The notes under the pieces are model-generated. The model saw only the letters and a list, made by a program, of their open reading frames with translations. It did not search any database and was not told the origin of the DNA. Positions 23,100 through 36,000 of a stretch of 64,000 nt of DNA are shown in pieces. Where the stretch lies: positions 837,359 through 901,358 of the forward strand of contig NC_090970.1 of NCBI RefSeq assembly GCF_040807025.1, written 5' to 3'. This stretch comes from Struthio camelus. Its lineage: Eukaryota. Made by a program: the position numbers and the translations under genes. Numbering within the stretch: the first letter of the stretch is position 1; each line of letters begins with the position of its first letter.

Positions 23100-23740
23100 C
23101 GGGGCAGCCCTGGCCCCTCCCAGTGCCTCCCAGTATGGCCCAGTGTCCTCCCGATCCCTCCCAGTACCCCCCGGTGTCTTCCCAGTATATCCCCGTGCCT
23201 CCCAGTATGGCCCAGTGCCCCCCGGGGTCCTCCCAGTATGTCCCAGAAGCTCCCAGTATAGTCCAGTGCCCCCAGCAGCCCCCAAGAGCCCTCCTAGTCC
23301 CTCCCCAGTACCTCCCAGTATGGCCCAGTGTCCTCCCACTGCCCTCCAGTGTTCTCCCAGTATATCCCAGTGCCTCCCAGTATGGCCTGCTTTCCCCCAA
23401 GAGCCCCCCAGAGCCCTTCCAGTCCTTCCCAGTATCCTCCCAGTTCGCCCCAGGGCCTCCCAATATGGCCCAGTGTCCTCCCACTCCCTCCTAGTGCTCC
23501 CCCCCGACCTCCCAGTATATCCCAGTGACTCCCAGTATGACCTGTTTCCCCCCAAGGGCCCCCCAGGACCCTTCCAATCCCTCCCAGTATATCCCAGTGC
23601 CTCCCAACATGGCCCAGTGCCACCCAGAACCCTCTCAATCTTCCCCCAGTGTCGTTCCAGTATATCCCAGTGCCTCCCAGTATAGCCCAGTCCCTCCCAC
23701 AGCCCCCCAGGACCCCCCGCCGCCCCACCCCCGCCCCCCA
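23100..23740. repeat. CCCAGTATRKCCCAGTGYCTCC-type repeats in PIP4P1 intron 3
   Basis: Read directly. Confidence 0.8.
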
Positions 23741-23757
23741 GGCCCTCCCAGTCTGAC

Positions 23758-23864
23758 CAGTAAGGCCGGGGGCAGGCGATGCGCTGGGACGACGCTTTGC
23801 AGACCAGGAGGCAGTTGCAGGGGCAGCGGACGTACTTCTTGCCGCCGGGCGCCGTGCGGATGGG
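23758..23864 (-). CDS. PIP4P1: PIP4P1 exon 3
   Basis: [35 protein letters not shown](C) matches human [36 protein letters not shown]. Acceptor cccgcag, donor tg|GTCAGA. 35 codons + 2 nt. Confidence 0.9.
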
Positions 23865-23869
23865 CTGCG

Positions 23870-25250
23870 GGCGGGCCGGACGCCTGGGCCCCCTGCCCGG
23901 ACGCCTGGGCCCCTCCCCGGACGCCTGGGCCCCCTGCCCGGACGCCTGGGCCCCTCCCCGGACGCCTGGGCCCCCTGCCCGGACGCCTGGGCCCCTCCCC
24001 GGACACCTGGGCCCCCTGCCCGGACGCCTGGGCCCCTTCCCGGACACCTGGGCCCCCTGCCCGGACACCTGGGCCCCCTGCCCGGACGCCTGGGCCCCTT
24101 CCCGGACACCTGGGCCCCCTGCCCGGACGCCTGGGCCCCTGCCCGGACGCCTGGGCCCCCTGCCCAGACGCCTGGGCCCCTTCCCGGACACCTGGGCCCC
24201 CTGCCCGGACACCTGGGCCCCCTGCCCGGACGCCTGGGCCCCCTGCCCGGACGCCTGGGCCCCTTCCCGGACACCTGGGCCCCCTGCCCGGACACCTGGG
24301 CCCCCTGCCCGGACGCCTGGGCCCCTCCCCGGACACCTGGGCCCCCTGCCCGGACGCCTAGGCCCCCTGCCCGGACGCCTGGGCCCCTGCCCAGACGCCT
24401 GGGCCCCTTCCCCGGACGCCTGGGCCCCTCCCTGGACACCTGGGTCCCTCCCCGGACACCTGGGTCCCTTTCCCCGGACACCTGGGCCCCTCCCTGGACA
24501 CCTGGGTCCCTTCCCCGGACGCCTGGGCCCCTCCCCGGACACCTGGGCCCCTTCCCCGCACACCTGGGCCCCTTCCCCGGACGCCTGGGCCCCCTCCCCG
24601 GACGACTGGGCCCCTCCCCGGACGCCTGGGCCCCTCCCTGGACACCTGGGCCCCTTCCCCGCACACCTGGGCCCCTTCCCCGGATGCCTGGGCCCCTTCC
24701 CCCGGACGCCTGGGCCCCTTCCCCGGACGCCTGGGTCCCTTCCTCGGACGCCTGGGCCCCTTCCCCGGACACCTCGGTCCCTCCCCGGACACCTGGGCCC
24801 CTTCCCCGGACACCTGGGCCCCTGCCCCGGACGCCTGGGCCCCTCCCCAGGACGCCTGGGCCCCCTCCCCGGACGCCTGGGCCCCTCCCCGGACGCCTGG
24901 GCCCCTTTCCCCGGACGCCTGGGCCCCTCCCCAGGACGCCTGGGCCCCTCCCCGGACGCCTGGGTCCCTCTCCCGGACGCCTGGGCCCCTCCCCCGGACG
25001 CCTGGGCCCCTTCCCGGACGCCTGGGCCCCTTCCCCGGACGCCTGGGCCCCTCCCCCGGACGCCTGGGCCCCTCCCCGGACACCTGGGCCCCCTTCCCCG
25101 GACGCCTGGGTCCCTTCCCCGGACGCCTGGGCCCCTTCCCGGACACCTGGGCCCCTTCCCCGGACACCTGGGCCCCTCCCCGGACGCCTGGGCCCCTTCC
25201 CCGGACGCCGGGGCCCCTCCCCGGACGCCTGGGCCCCCCCGGCCGCGGGG
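23870..25250. repeat. 21-bp minisatellite filling PIP4P1 intron 2
   Basis: Read directly. Confidence 0.9.
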
Positions 25251-25255
25251 CTCAC

Positions 25256-25434
25256 GGTGGCCTCGTTGCACACGTGACACTTCACCACGTGCTGGTGCGT
25301 TTTGCCCTCGACGCTGATGCGGCTCTGACACACGCGGCACGTGACCGCCGGCCCCGCCCCCCCTTCGGGGCTGCCCAATGGCGAGTAAGGGGGCGGGGCC
25401 TCCGCCCCTGGCCCCGCCCCCGGCGAGGCCCCGC
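25256..25434 (-). CDS. PIP4P1: PIP4P1 exon 2 (+/-1 nt at the 5' end)
   Basis: [59 protein letters not shown] matches human [49 protein letters not shown]. Donor acc|GTGAGC. Confidence 0.8.
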
Positions 25435-25645
25435 CTGCGGGAGACGCCCGGTAAAGGGGAGTGGCGTTAGCCCCGCCCCCTCCCCAAGCCCCGCCCCACT
25501 CCTCTAAGCCCCGCCCACCACGGCGCACCGCCCCACCTAGGAAGGCCCCGCCCACGTCAAGCCCCGCCCCCAGACCGCGGCGCCCTCTCAGGCCCCGCCC
25601 CTCCCAAAGCCCCGCCCCCTCCCCGTAGCCCCGCCCCCTCCTCAC

Positions 25646-25733
25646 CGGGGGGGGTCGCGGGTGCCGCCGCCGCCGCCGCCGGCCCCGGTTCGGGCTCGGC
25701 CGGCAGCAGCGGGGAGCGTTCGCCGTCCGCCAT
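25646..25733 (-). CDS. PIP4P1: PIP4P1 coding exon 1 (ATG 25733-25731; proposed donor g|GTGAGG about 25645; +/-1 nt)
   Basis: [29 protein letters not shown](G) matches human [18 protein letters not shown].... The exon 1/2 split is inferred from a frame change plus GTGAGG and tctcccgcag sites. Confidence 0.6.
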
Positions 25734-25749
25734 GGCCGCCCGTGCCGGC

Positions 25750-26550
25750 CGCCGTAGCGCCGCCCCCACGTGACGCCGGCGCCGCGCCGCGATTGGGCCC
25801 GGCCGGCCGCGCCGCCGCTCACGTGACCCCTCCCCCTCCCTCCGCGGCGCTCCCTCGCCACCACGTGACGCCGCGTCGCTAGGCGACCGCCCCGCCCCAG
25901 CGCTCCGCCGCGCTCGCCCGACGCCCTCCCCGCGCTTCTCATTGGCCCGCCGGCCCGCCCGCGCCACGTGACGCCGCGTTGCTAGGCGACCGCCTCCCCT
26001 AGGGCTCCGCCCCGCTCGCCCGACGCCCTCCCCGCGCTTCTCATTGGCCCGCCGCCCCGCCCGCACCACGTGACGCCGCGTCGCTAGGCGACCGCCCCGC
26101 CCATGCGCTCCGCCCCGCTCGCCCGACGCCCTCCCCGCGCTTCTCATTGGCCCGCCGCCCCGCCCGCGCCACGTGACGCAGCGTTGCTAGGCGACCGCCC
26201 CCCGCTCACCCACAGCGCGCCGCCGGCGGTCACGTGCGCCTCTCCGCCGCCTCCCATTGGCTCCGGGCGGTCGGGAGCGGAGCGGCGCCTTCACCCCCCT
26301 CCCCTCACCCAACTCCCCTTCCTTCCGCCCCGCCCACCCGCCGCCGCTGACCAATGGCGGCCGCCGCTGCCCGCCGTCGCCCGGGGCGACGCGGCGGCGG
26401 TGCCGGCGGACGGCGCCGCTGATTGGCTCTCCCGGCCGTGACGTCGGCGCGGGTGAGGGGGGGGCGGTTTTAGGCGGGCAGCGGCGACCGGCCCGCTCAT
26501 AACTGACCGGCGACTATGGACGGCAGGTGCGCGGTGCGCATGCGCGGTGG
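25750..26550. promoter_or_regulatory. PIP4P1 promoter / CpG island: about 105-bp unit tandemly repeated about 3.5 times, carrying a CCAAT box (TCTCATTGGCCC) plus a CACGTGAC E-box (CLEAR-like). Six CACGTG E-boxes in total (about 25821, 25864, 25967, 26069, 26172, 26231). Additional CCAAT boxes at about 26255, 26352 and 26425, and an NRF1 palindrome GCGCATGCGC at about 26536-26545.
   Basis: Repeat unit CGCGCTTCTCATTGGCCCGCC...CCACGTGACGCCGCGTTGCTAGGCGACCGCC...GCTCCGCCCCGCTCGCCCGACGCCCTCCC read at about 25930, about 26031 and about 26140, immediately upstream of the PIP4P1 ATG (25733, minus strand). Confidence 0.6.
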
Positions 26551-27099
26551 GGGGGGGCCGGACACCTGGGTCCCTCCCCGGACACCTGGGCCCCTCACCC
26601 GGGACGCCTGGGCCCCTTTCCCGGACACCTGGGCCCCTTCCCCTGGACACCTGGGCCCCTCCCCGGACGCCTGGGCCCCTCCCCGGACGCCTGGGCCCCT
26701 CCCGGGACGCCTGGGCCCCTCCCCGGACTCCTGGGCCCCTTCCCCGGACACCTGGGCCCCTTCCCCGGACGCCTGGGCCCTTCCCCGGACACCTGGGCCC
26801 CTTCCCCGGACACCTGAGTCCCTCCCCGGACGCCTGGGCCCATCACCCGGACGCCTGGGCCCCTTCCCCGGACGCCTGGGCCCCTCACCCGGACACCTGG
26901 GCCCGTTGCCCACTTCCGGGTTGCCCCTTTCCCTCGTTCCCCCCCCCCGTCCCCCGCCGGCCCGAACCAGCCAATCAGGAGGCGGCGCGGCGCTCACACC
27001 CCCCGCCGGGCCGGCCAATCAGAGTGCGGCTCTCCTGACACGCCTTCCCTCCCCCATCCACCCTAGGGGCCCAGGCGTCCGGGCCCTGCCCTACGCGTG

Positions 27100-30000
27100 G
27101 GCGGAAGGGGTCACGTGGGTCCCACGTCATGCCGCAGTCACGCTGTGGGTCCCGGGGCCACCCGTGGGTCCGGTCGTGGGTGTTGGGGCCGTCTGTGGGG
27201 CGCCGCGTGGGTCCCACCGTGGGTCCCGGTCCATCCGTGGGTCCGGTCGTGGGTCCTGGACCATCTGTGGGTCCTGTTATGGGTGCTGGGGTTGGTGATG
27301 GGTCTCACCATGGTTCCTGGTCCATCCGTGGGTCCGGTCGTGGGTCCTGGACCATCTGTGGGTCCTGTTATGGGTGCTGGGGTTGGTGATGGGTCTCACC
27401 ATGGTTCCTGGTCCATCCGTGGGTCCGGTCGTAGGTCCTGGACCATCTGTGGGTCCTGTTATGGGTGCTGGGGTTGGTGATGGGTCTCACCATGGTTCCT
27501 GGTCCATCCGTGGGTCCGGTCGTAGGTCCTGGACCATCTGTGGGTCCTGTTATGGGTGCTGGGGTTGGTCATGGGTCTCACCATGGCTCCTGGGCCATCC
27601 GTGGGTGCTGTTATGGGTGCTGGGGTTGGTGATGGGTCTCGCTCTGGGTCCTGGTCCATCCATGGGTCCTGTTATGGGTGCTGGGGTTGGTCAAGGGTCC
27701 CACCATGGCTCCTGGTCCATCCGTGGGTGCTGTTATGGGTGCTGGGGTTGGTCATGGGTCACGCTCTGGCTCCTGGCTGCATGCCCAAGTCATGCCATGG
27801 GTCCTGGGTTACATCATGGGTCTCCCCATAGGTGTTAGGTGCATCCATGGGTCACGTTCTGGGTTGTGGGTGCATCCATGGGTGCTGTTATGGGTGCTGG
27901 GGTTGATTATGGGTCTCACCATGGGTCCCGGTCTGTCCATGGGTCCTGTCATGGGTGCTGGGGTTGGTCATGGGTCTCGCTCTGGGTCCTGACTCCATGC
28001 CCAAGTCACACCGTGGGTCCTGGGTCACGCTATGAGTCTCACCATAGGTGTTAGGTGCATCCATGGGTCACGGTCTGGGTTGTGGGTGCATCTGTGGGTT
28101 ATATTACGGGTGCTGGGGTTGGTTATGGGTCTCACCATGGTTCCTGGTCCATCCGTGGGTCCCACCATGGTTCTTGATCCGTCTATGGGTGCTGTTATGG
28201 GTGCTGGGGTTGGTCAAGGGTCCCACCATGGCTCCTGGTCCATCCGTGGGTTCTGTTATGGGTGCTGGGGTTGGTCGTGGGTCCCACTATGGGTCCTGGT
28301 CTATCCATGGGTGCAGTTATGGGTGCTGGGGTTGGTCATGGGTCTCACTCTAGGTCTTGACTCCATGCCCAAGTCATGCCATGGGTCCTGGGTCATACCA
28401 TGGGTCTCACCACAGGTCTTGCATCCATCCATGGGTCGTGTTATGGGTGCTGGGGTTGGCCATGGGTCGCACGCTGGGTCCCGGGTCCATGCCCAAGTCA
28501 CGCCATGGGTCTCACGATAGGACTTAGGTTCATCCATGGGTCACTCCATAGGTCCTGGGCCCATTCCTGAGTCCTGCCAGGGGTTCTGGGACCAACTATG
28601 GGTCACACTATGGGTCCCAGGTCCATTCACGGGTCCCGCGATGGGTCCTGGGTCCATCCCTGAGTCCCACCATGCGTCCCAGGTCTATCCATGGGTCATA
28701 TTAGGGAGGCTGGGTCCATCCTTGAGTCCCACCATAGGTCTTGGGCCCATCCGTGGGTCCAACCATGGGTTCTGGGACCATCCCTGGGTCGTGCTATGGG
28801 TCCTGGGTCCATCCCTGAGTCCCACCATAGGTCCTAGGTCCATCCCTGAGCTGTGCTATGGGTCTCGGGGTGATCATGGAAGCCACCGTAGGTTCTGAAT
28901 CCATCTATGGGTTGCGGGTCGCACCACAGGTCATGCTATGGGTCCTGGCCTCACCCATGGGTCACGCCATGGATCCTGGGTTATGCTATGGGTCAGATAG
29001 TGGGTCATGGGTCCATCCATGAGTCCTGCCGTGGGTGGGTGCTAGGTCCATCAGTGAGTCCCACCATAGGTCCTGACACCATCCCTGGGTCCCACCATGA
29101 ACTTCAGGTCCATCCGTGGGTCACGCTATGGGTCTTGAGCCCAACTCTGGGGCGCAGCATGATTAGTAGCTCATAAAGTAGGTCCATCAAGGGGTGCTGG
29201 GTCCATCCCTGGGTCCCACCACGAGCTTCAGGTCCATGCCTGGGTCACGCTATGGGTGCTGGGTCCCTGTATGGGTCACAACATGCTTAGTAGATGACAA
29301 TGTAGGTTGTGTTATGGGTCTTGGGTCCATCTCTGGGTCACAACATGATTAGTTAGATCATGACATAGATCATGTTATGGGTGCTGGGTCCATCCCTGGG
29401 TCCCACCATGAGCTTCAGGTCCATGCCTGGGTCACGTTATGGCTCTTGGGTCCATCCCTGGGTCCCACCATGAGCTTCAGGTCCATCTGTGGGTCACGCT
29501 ATGGGTCTTGGGTCCATCTCTGGGGCACAGCGTGATTAGTAGCTCATAAAGTAGGTCCATCAAGGGGTGCTGGGTCCATCCCTGGGTCCCACCATGAGCT
29601 TCAGGTCCATCCGTGGGTCATGCTATGGGTCTTGGGTCCATCTCTGGGTCGCAGCATGCTTAGTAGATGACAGTGTAGGTCGTGTTATGGGTGCTGGGTC
29701 CATCCCTGGGTCCCACCACGAGCTTCATGTCCATCCGTGGGTCATGCTATGGGTGCTGGGTCCCTGTATGGGTCGCAACATGCTTAGTAGATGACAGTGT
29801 AGGTCGTGTTATGGGTGCTGGGTCCATCCCTGGGTCGCTGTATGGGTGCTGGGTCCATGCTTGGACCATGCTATGGGTCTTGGGTCCATCTCTGGGGCGC
29901 AACATGATTAGTTAGATCATGACATAGATCATGTTATGGGTCTTGGGTCCATCCCTGGGTCCCACCATGAGTTTCAGGTCCATGCCTGGGTCACGTTATG

Positions 30001-33000
30001 GGTCTTGGGTCCATGCCTGGGTCCCACCACGAGCTTCAGGTCCATCCGTGGGTCATGCTATGGGTGCTGGGTCCCTGTATGGGTCGCAACATGCTTAGTA
30101 GATGACAGTGTAGGTCGTGTTATGGGTGCTGGGTCCATCCCTGGGTCGCTGTATGGGTGCTGGGTCCATACTTGGACCATGCTATGGGTCTTGGGTCCAA
30201 CTCTGGGTCACAACATGCTTAGTAGATGACAATGTAGGTCGTTTTATGGGTCTTGGGTCCATCCATGAGTCCCTGTATGGGTGCTGGGTCCACCCCTGGG
30301 TCACGCTATGGGTCTTGGGTCCATCCCTGGGTCCCACCATGAGCTTCAGGTCCATGCCTGGGTCACGCTATGGGTGCTGGGTCCCTGTATGGGTCACAAC
30401 ATGCTTAGTAGATCACAACATAGGTCGTGTTATGGGTGCTGGGTCCATCCATGGGTCCCACCATGAGCTTAAGGTCCATGCCTGGGTCACGCTATGGGTG
30501 CTAGGTCCCTGTATGGGTCGCAACATGCTTAGTAGATGACAGTGTAGGTCGTGTTATGGGTGCTGGGTCAATCCCTGGGTCGCTGTATGGGTGCTGGGTC
30601 CATGCTTGGACCATGCTATGGGTCTTGGGTCCATCTCTGGGGCGCAACATGATTAGTTAGATCATGACATAGATCATGTTATGGGTGCTGGGTCCATCCC
30701 TGGGTCCCACCACGAGCTTCAGGTCCATGCCTGGGTCACGCTATGGGTGCTGGGTCCCCGTATGGGTCGCAACATGCTTAGTAGATGACAATGTAGGTCG
30801 TGTTATGGGTGCTGGGTCCATCCCTGGGTCCCTGTATGGGTGCTGGGTCCATGTATGGGTGCTGGGTCCATGCTTGGACCATGCTATGGGTCTTGGGTCC
30901 ATCTCTGGGGCGCAACATGATTAGTTAGATCACAACATAGGTTGTGTTATGGGTGCTGGGTCCATCCCTGGGTCCCACCACGAGCTTCAGGTCCATGCCT
31001 GGGTCACGCTATGGGTGCTGGGTCCATCCCTGGGTCCCACCACGAGCTTCAGGTCCATCCGTGGGTCATGCTATGGGTCTTGGGTCCATCTCTGGGGCAC
31101 AGCATGATTAGTAGCTCATAAGGTAGGTCCATCAAGGGGTGCTGGGTCCATCCCTGGGTCCCACCACGAGCTTCAGGTCCATGCCTGGGTCACGCTATGG
31201 GTGCTGGGTCCCTGTATGGGTCACAACATGCTTAGTAGATGACAATGTAGGTTGTGTTATGGGTCTTGGGTCCATCTCTGGGTCACAACATGATTAGTTA
31301 GATCATGACATAGATCATGTTATGGGTGCTGGGTCCATCCCTGGGTCCCACCATGAGCTTCAGGTCCATCCGTGGGTCACATTATGGGTCTTGGGTCCAT
31401 CCCTGGGTCCCACCACGAGCTTCAGGTCCATGCCTGGGTCACGCTATGGGTGCTGGGTCCCTGTATGGGTCACAATGTGATTAGTAGATTATAATGTAGG
31501 TCGTGTTATGGGTGCTGGGTCCATCCCTGGGTCCCACCACGAGCTTCAGGTCCATCCGTGGGTCACACTATGGGTCTTGGGTCCATCTCTGGGGCACGGC
31601 GTGATTAGTAGCTCATAAAGTAGGTCCATCAAGGGGTGCTGGGTCCATCCCTGGGTCCCACCACGAGCTTCAGGTCCATCCGTGGGTCACGCTATGGGTG
31701 CTGGGTCCCTGTATGGATCATGACATAGATCATGTTATGGGTGCTGGGTCCATCCCTGGGTCCCACTACAAGCTTCAGGTCCATGCCTGGGTCATGCTAT
31801 GGGTGCTGGGTCCCTGTATGGGTCGCAACATGCTTAGTAGATGACAGTGTAGGTTGTGTTATGGGTGCTGGGTCCATCCCTGGGTCCCTGTATGGGTGCT
31901 GGGTCCATACTTGGACCATGCTATGGGTCTTGGGTCCATCTCTGGGTCGCAGCATGCTTAGTAGATGACAATGTAGGTTGTGTTATGGGTCTTGGGTCCT
32001 TCTCTGGGTCACAACATGATTAGTTAGATCATGACATAGATCATGTTATGGGTGCTGGGTCCATCCCTGGGTCCCACCACGAGCTTCAGGTCCATCCCTG
32101 GGTCACGTTATGGGTCTTGGGTCCATCCCTGGGTCCCACCATGAGCTTCAGGTCCATCCCTGGGTCACGTTATGGGTCTTGGGTCCATCTCTGGGGCACA
32201 GCGTGATTAGTAGCTCATAAAGTAGGTCCATCAAGGGGTGCTGGGTCCATCCCTGGGTCCCACCATGAGCTTCAGGTCCATCCGTGGGTCATGCTATGGG
32301 TCTTGGGTCCATCTCTGGGTCGCAGCATGCTTAGTAGATGACAGTGTAGGTCGTGTTATGGGTGCTGGGTCCATCCCTGGGTCCCTGTATGGGTGCTGGG
32401 TCCATGTATGGGTGCTGGGTCCATGCTTGGACCATGCTATGGGTCTTGGGTCCATCTCTGGGGCGCAACATGATTAGTTAGATCATGACATAGATCATGT
32501 TATGGGTGCTGGCTCCATCCCTGGGTCCCACCACGAGCTTCAGGTCCATCCGTGGGTCATGCTATGGGTCTTGGGTCCATCTCTGGGGCACAGCATGATT
32601 AGTAGCTCATAAAGTAGGTCCATCAAGGGGTGCTGGGTCCATCCCTGGGTCCCACCACGAGCTTCAGGTCCATGCCTGGGTCACGCTATGGGTGCTGGGT
32701 CCCTGTATGGGTCACAACATGCTTAGTAGATGACAATGTAGGTTGTGTTATGGGTCTTGGGTCCATCTCTGGGTCACAACATGATTAGTTAGATCATGAC
32801 ATAGATCATGTTATGGGTGCTGGGTCCATCCCTGGGTCACGTTATGGGTCTTGGGTCCATCCCTGGGTCCCACCATGAGCTTCAGGTCCATCTGTGGGTC
32901 ACGCTATGGGTCTTGGGTCCATCCCTGGGTCCCACCACGAGCTTCAGGTCCATGCCTGGGTCACGCTATGGGTGCTGGGTCCCTGTATGGGTCACAATGT

Positions 33001-36000
33001 GATTAGTAGATTATAATGTAGGTCGTGTTATGGGTGCTGGGCCCATCCCTGGGTCCCACCACGAGCTTCAGGTCCATCCGTGGGTCACACTATGGGTCTT
33101 GGGTCCATCTCTGGGGCACGGCGTGATTAGTAGCTCATAAAGTAGGTCCATCAAGGGGTGCTGGGTCCATCCCTGGGTCCCACCACGAGCTTCAGGTCCA
33201 TCCGTGGGTCACGCTATGGGTGCTGGGTCCCTGTATGGATCATGACATAGATCATGTTATGGGTGCTGGGTCCATCCCTGGGTCCCACTACAAGCTTCAG
33301 GTCCATGCCTGGGTCATGCTATGGGTGCTGGGTCCCTGTATGGGTCGCAACATGCTTAGTAGATGACAGTGTAGGTTGTGTTATGGGTGCTGGGTCCATC
33401 CCTGGGTCGCTGTATGGGTGCTGGGTCCATACTTGGACCATGCTATGGGTCTTGGGTCCAACTCTGGGTCACAACATGCTTAGTAGATGACAATGTAGGT
33501 CGTTTTATGGGTCTTGGGTCCATCCATGAGTCCCTGTATGGGTGCTGGGTCCACCCCTGGGTCACGCTATGGGTCTTGGGTCCATCCCTGGGTCCCACCA
33601 TGAGCTTCAGGTCCATGCCTGGGTCACGCTATGGGTGCTGGGTCCCTGTATGGGTCACAACATGCTTAGTAGATCACAACATAGGTCGTGTTATGGGTGC
33701 TGGGTCCATCCATGGGTCCCACCATGAGCTTAAGGTCCATGCCTGGGTCACGCTATGGGTGCTAGGTCCCTGTATGGGTCGCAACATGCTTAGTAGATGA
33801 CAGTGTAGGTCGTGTTATGGGTGCTGGGTCAATCCCTGGGTCGCTGTATGGGTGCTGGGTCCATGCTTGGACCATGCTATGGGTCTTGGGTCCATCTCTG
33901 GGGCGCAACATGATTAGTTAGATCATGACATAGATCATGTTATGGGTGCTGGGTCCATCCCTGGGTCCCACCACGAGCTTCAGGTCCATCCGTGGGTCAT
34001 GCTATGGGTCTTGGGTCCATCTCTGGGTCGCAGCATGCTTAGTAGATGACAGTGTAGGTCGTGTTATGGGTGCTGGGTCCATCCCTGGGTCCCTGTATGG
34101 GTGCTGGGTCCATGTATGGGTGCTGGGTCCATGCTTGGACCATGCTATGGGTCTTGGGTCCATCTCTGGGGCGCAACATGATTAGTTAGATCACAACATA
34201 GGTTGTGTTATGGGTGCTGGGTCCATCCCTGGGTCCCACCACGAGCTTCAGGTCCATGCCTGGGTCACGCTATGGGTGCTGGGTCCATCCCTGGGTCCCA
34301 CCACGAGCTTCAGGTCCATCCGTGGGTCATGCTATGGGTCTTGGGTCCATCTCTGGGGCACAGCATGATTAGTAGCTCATAAGGTAGGTCCATCAAGGGG
34401 TGCTGGGTCCATCCCTGGGTCCCACCACGAGCTTCAGGTCCATGCCTGGGTCACGCTATGGGTGCTGGGTCCCTGTATGGGTCACAACATGCTTAGTAGA
34501 TGACAATGTAGGTTGTGTTATGGGTCTTGGGTCCATCTCTGGGTCACAACATGATTAGTTAGATCATGACATAGATCATGTTATGGGTGCTGGGTCCATC
34601 CCTGGGTCCCACCATGAGCTTCAGGTCCATCCGTGGGTCACATTATGGGTCTTGGGTCCATCCCTGGGTCCCACCACGAGCTTCAGGTCCATGCCTGGGT
34701 CACGCTATGGGTGCTGGGTCCCTGTATGGGTCACAATGTGATTAGTAGATTATAATGTAGGTCGTGTTATGGGTGCTGGGTCCATCCCTGGGTCCCACCA
34801 CGAGCTTCAGGTCCATCCGTGGGTCACACTATGGGTCTTGGGTCCATCTCTGGGGCACGGCGTGATTAGTAGCTCATAAAGTAGGTCCATCAAGGGGTGC
34901 TGGGTCCATCCCTGGGTCCCACCACGAGCTTCAGGTCCATCCGTGGGTCACGCTATGGGTGCTGGGTCCCTGTATGGATCATGACATAGATCATGTTATG
35001 GGTGCTGGGTCCATCCCTGGGTCCCACTACAAGCTTCAGGTCCATGCCTGGGTCATGCTATGGGTGCTGGGTCCCTGTATGGGTCGCAACATGCTTAGTA
35101 GATGACAGTGTAGGTTGTGTTATGGGTGCTGGGTCCATCCCTGGGTCCCTGTATGGGTGCTGGGTCCATACTTGGACCATGCTATGGGTCTTGGGTCCAT
35201 CTCTGGGTCGCAGCATGCTTAGTAGATGACAATGTAGGTTGTGTTATGGGTCTTGGGTCCTTCTCTGGGTCACAACATGATTAGTTAGATCATGACATAG
35301 ATCATGTTATGGGTGCTGGGTCCATCCCTGGGTCCCACCACGAGCTTCAGGTCCATCCCTGGGTCACGTTATGGGTCTTGGGTCCATCCCTGGGTCCCAC
35401 CATGAGCTTCAGGTCCATCCCTGGGTCACGTTATGGGTCTTGGGTCCATCTCTGGGGCACAGCGTGATTAGTAGCTCATAAAGTAGGTCCATCAAGGGGT
35501 GCTGGGTCCATCCCTGGGTCCCACCATGAGCTTCAGGTCCATCCGTGGGTCATGCTATGGGTCTTGGGTCCATCTCTGGGTCGCAGCATGCTTAGTAGAT
35601 GACAGTGTAGGTCGTGTTATGGGTGCTGGGTCCATCCCTGGGTCCCTGTATGGGTGCTGGGTCCATGTATGGGTGCTGGGTCCATGCTTGGACCATGCTA
35701 TGGGTCTTGGGTCCATCTCTGGGGCGCAACATGATTAGTTAGATCATGACATAGATCATGTTATGGGTGCTGGCTCCATCCCTGGGTCCCACCACGAGCT
35801 TCAGGTCCATCCGTGGGTCATGCTATGGGTCTTGGGTCCATCTCTGGGGCACAGCATGATTAGTAGCTCATAAAGTAGGTCCATCAAGGGGTGCTGGGTC
35901 CATCCCTGGGTCCCACCACGAGCTTCAGGTCCATGCCTGGGTCACGCTATGGGTGCTGGGTCCCTGTATGGGTCACAACATGCTTAGTAGATGACAATGT

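Larger units (their letters stand above)
19695..25733 (-). other. PIP4P1: PIP4P1 / TMEM55B gene (type 1 PtdIns-4,5-P2 4-phosphatase), complete CDS in 7 coding exons
   Basis: Spliced product [29 protein letters not shown]|[59 protein letters not shown]|[35 protein letters not shown]|[36 protein letters not shown]|[17 protein letters not shown]|[31 protein letters not shown]|VGTWAAARRFGGLHAAWALLVAGAGACLLRAGYWGCVRVSHPLPGPA* is collinear with human TMEM55B. The conserved junction codons are reproduced exactly: C split after RPY, and V split after RK. Confidence 0.88.

Noticed and set aside
21519-25340. 1273-aa minus-strand ORF, and the other very long ORFs (39511-42849 1112 aa; 40401-43157 918 aa; 7894-10404 836 aa; 43329-45911 860 aa; 21379-23019; 3352-5028 etc.)
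   Set aside because: They are translations of GC-rich minisatellites, giving [10 protein letters not shown]..., [11 protein letters not shown]..., [10 protein letters not shown]... periodic peptides. They are open in several frames and on both strands simultaneously, have no start context, and overlap real exons of PIP4P1, PNP and OSGEP only by passing through them. They are stop-free repeat artefacts, not genes.
26250-26450. Possible divergent gene upstream of PIP4P1 (small [25 protein letters not shown] after gaccaATGGCGGCC)
   Set aside because: It is only 22 codons and low complexity. It is more parsimoniously part of the PIP4P1 CpG-island promoter, with CCAAT, CRE-like and NRF1 motifs. 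No conserved exon was detected.
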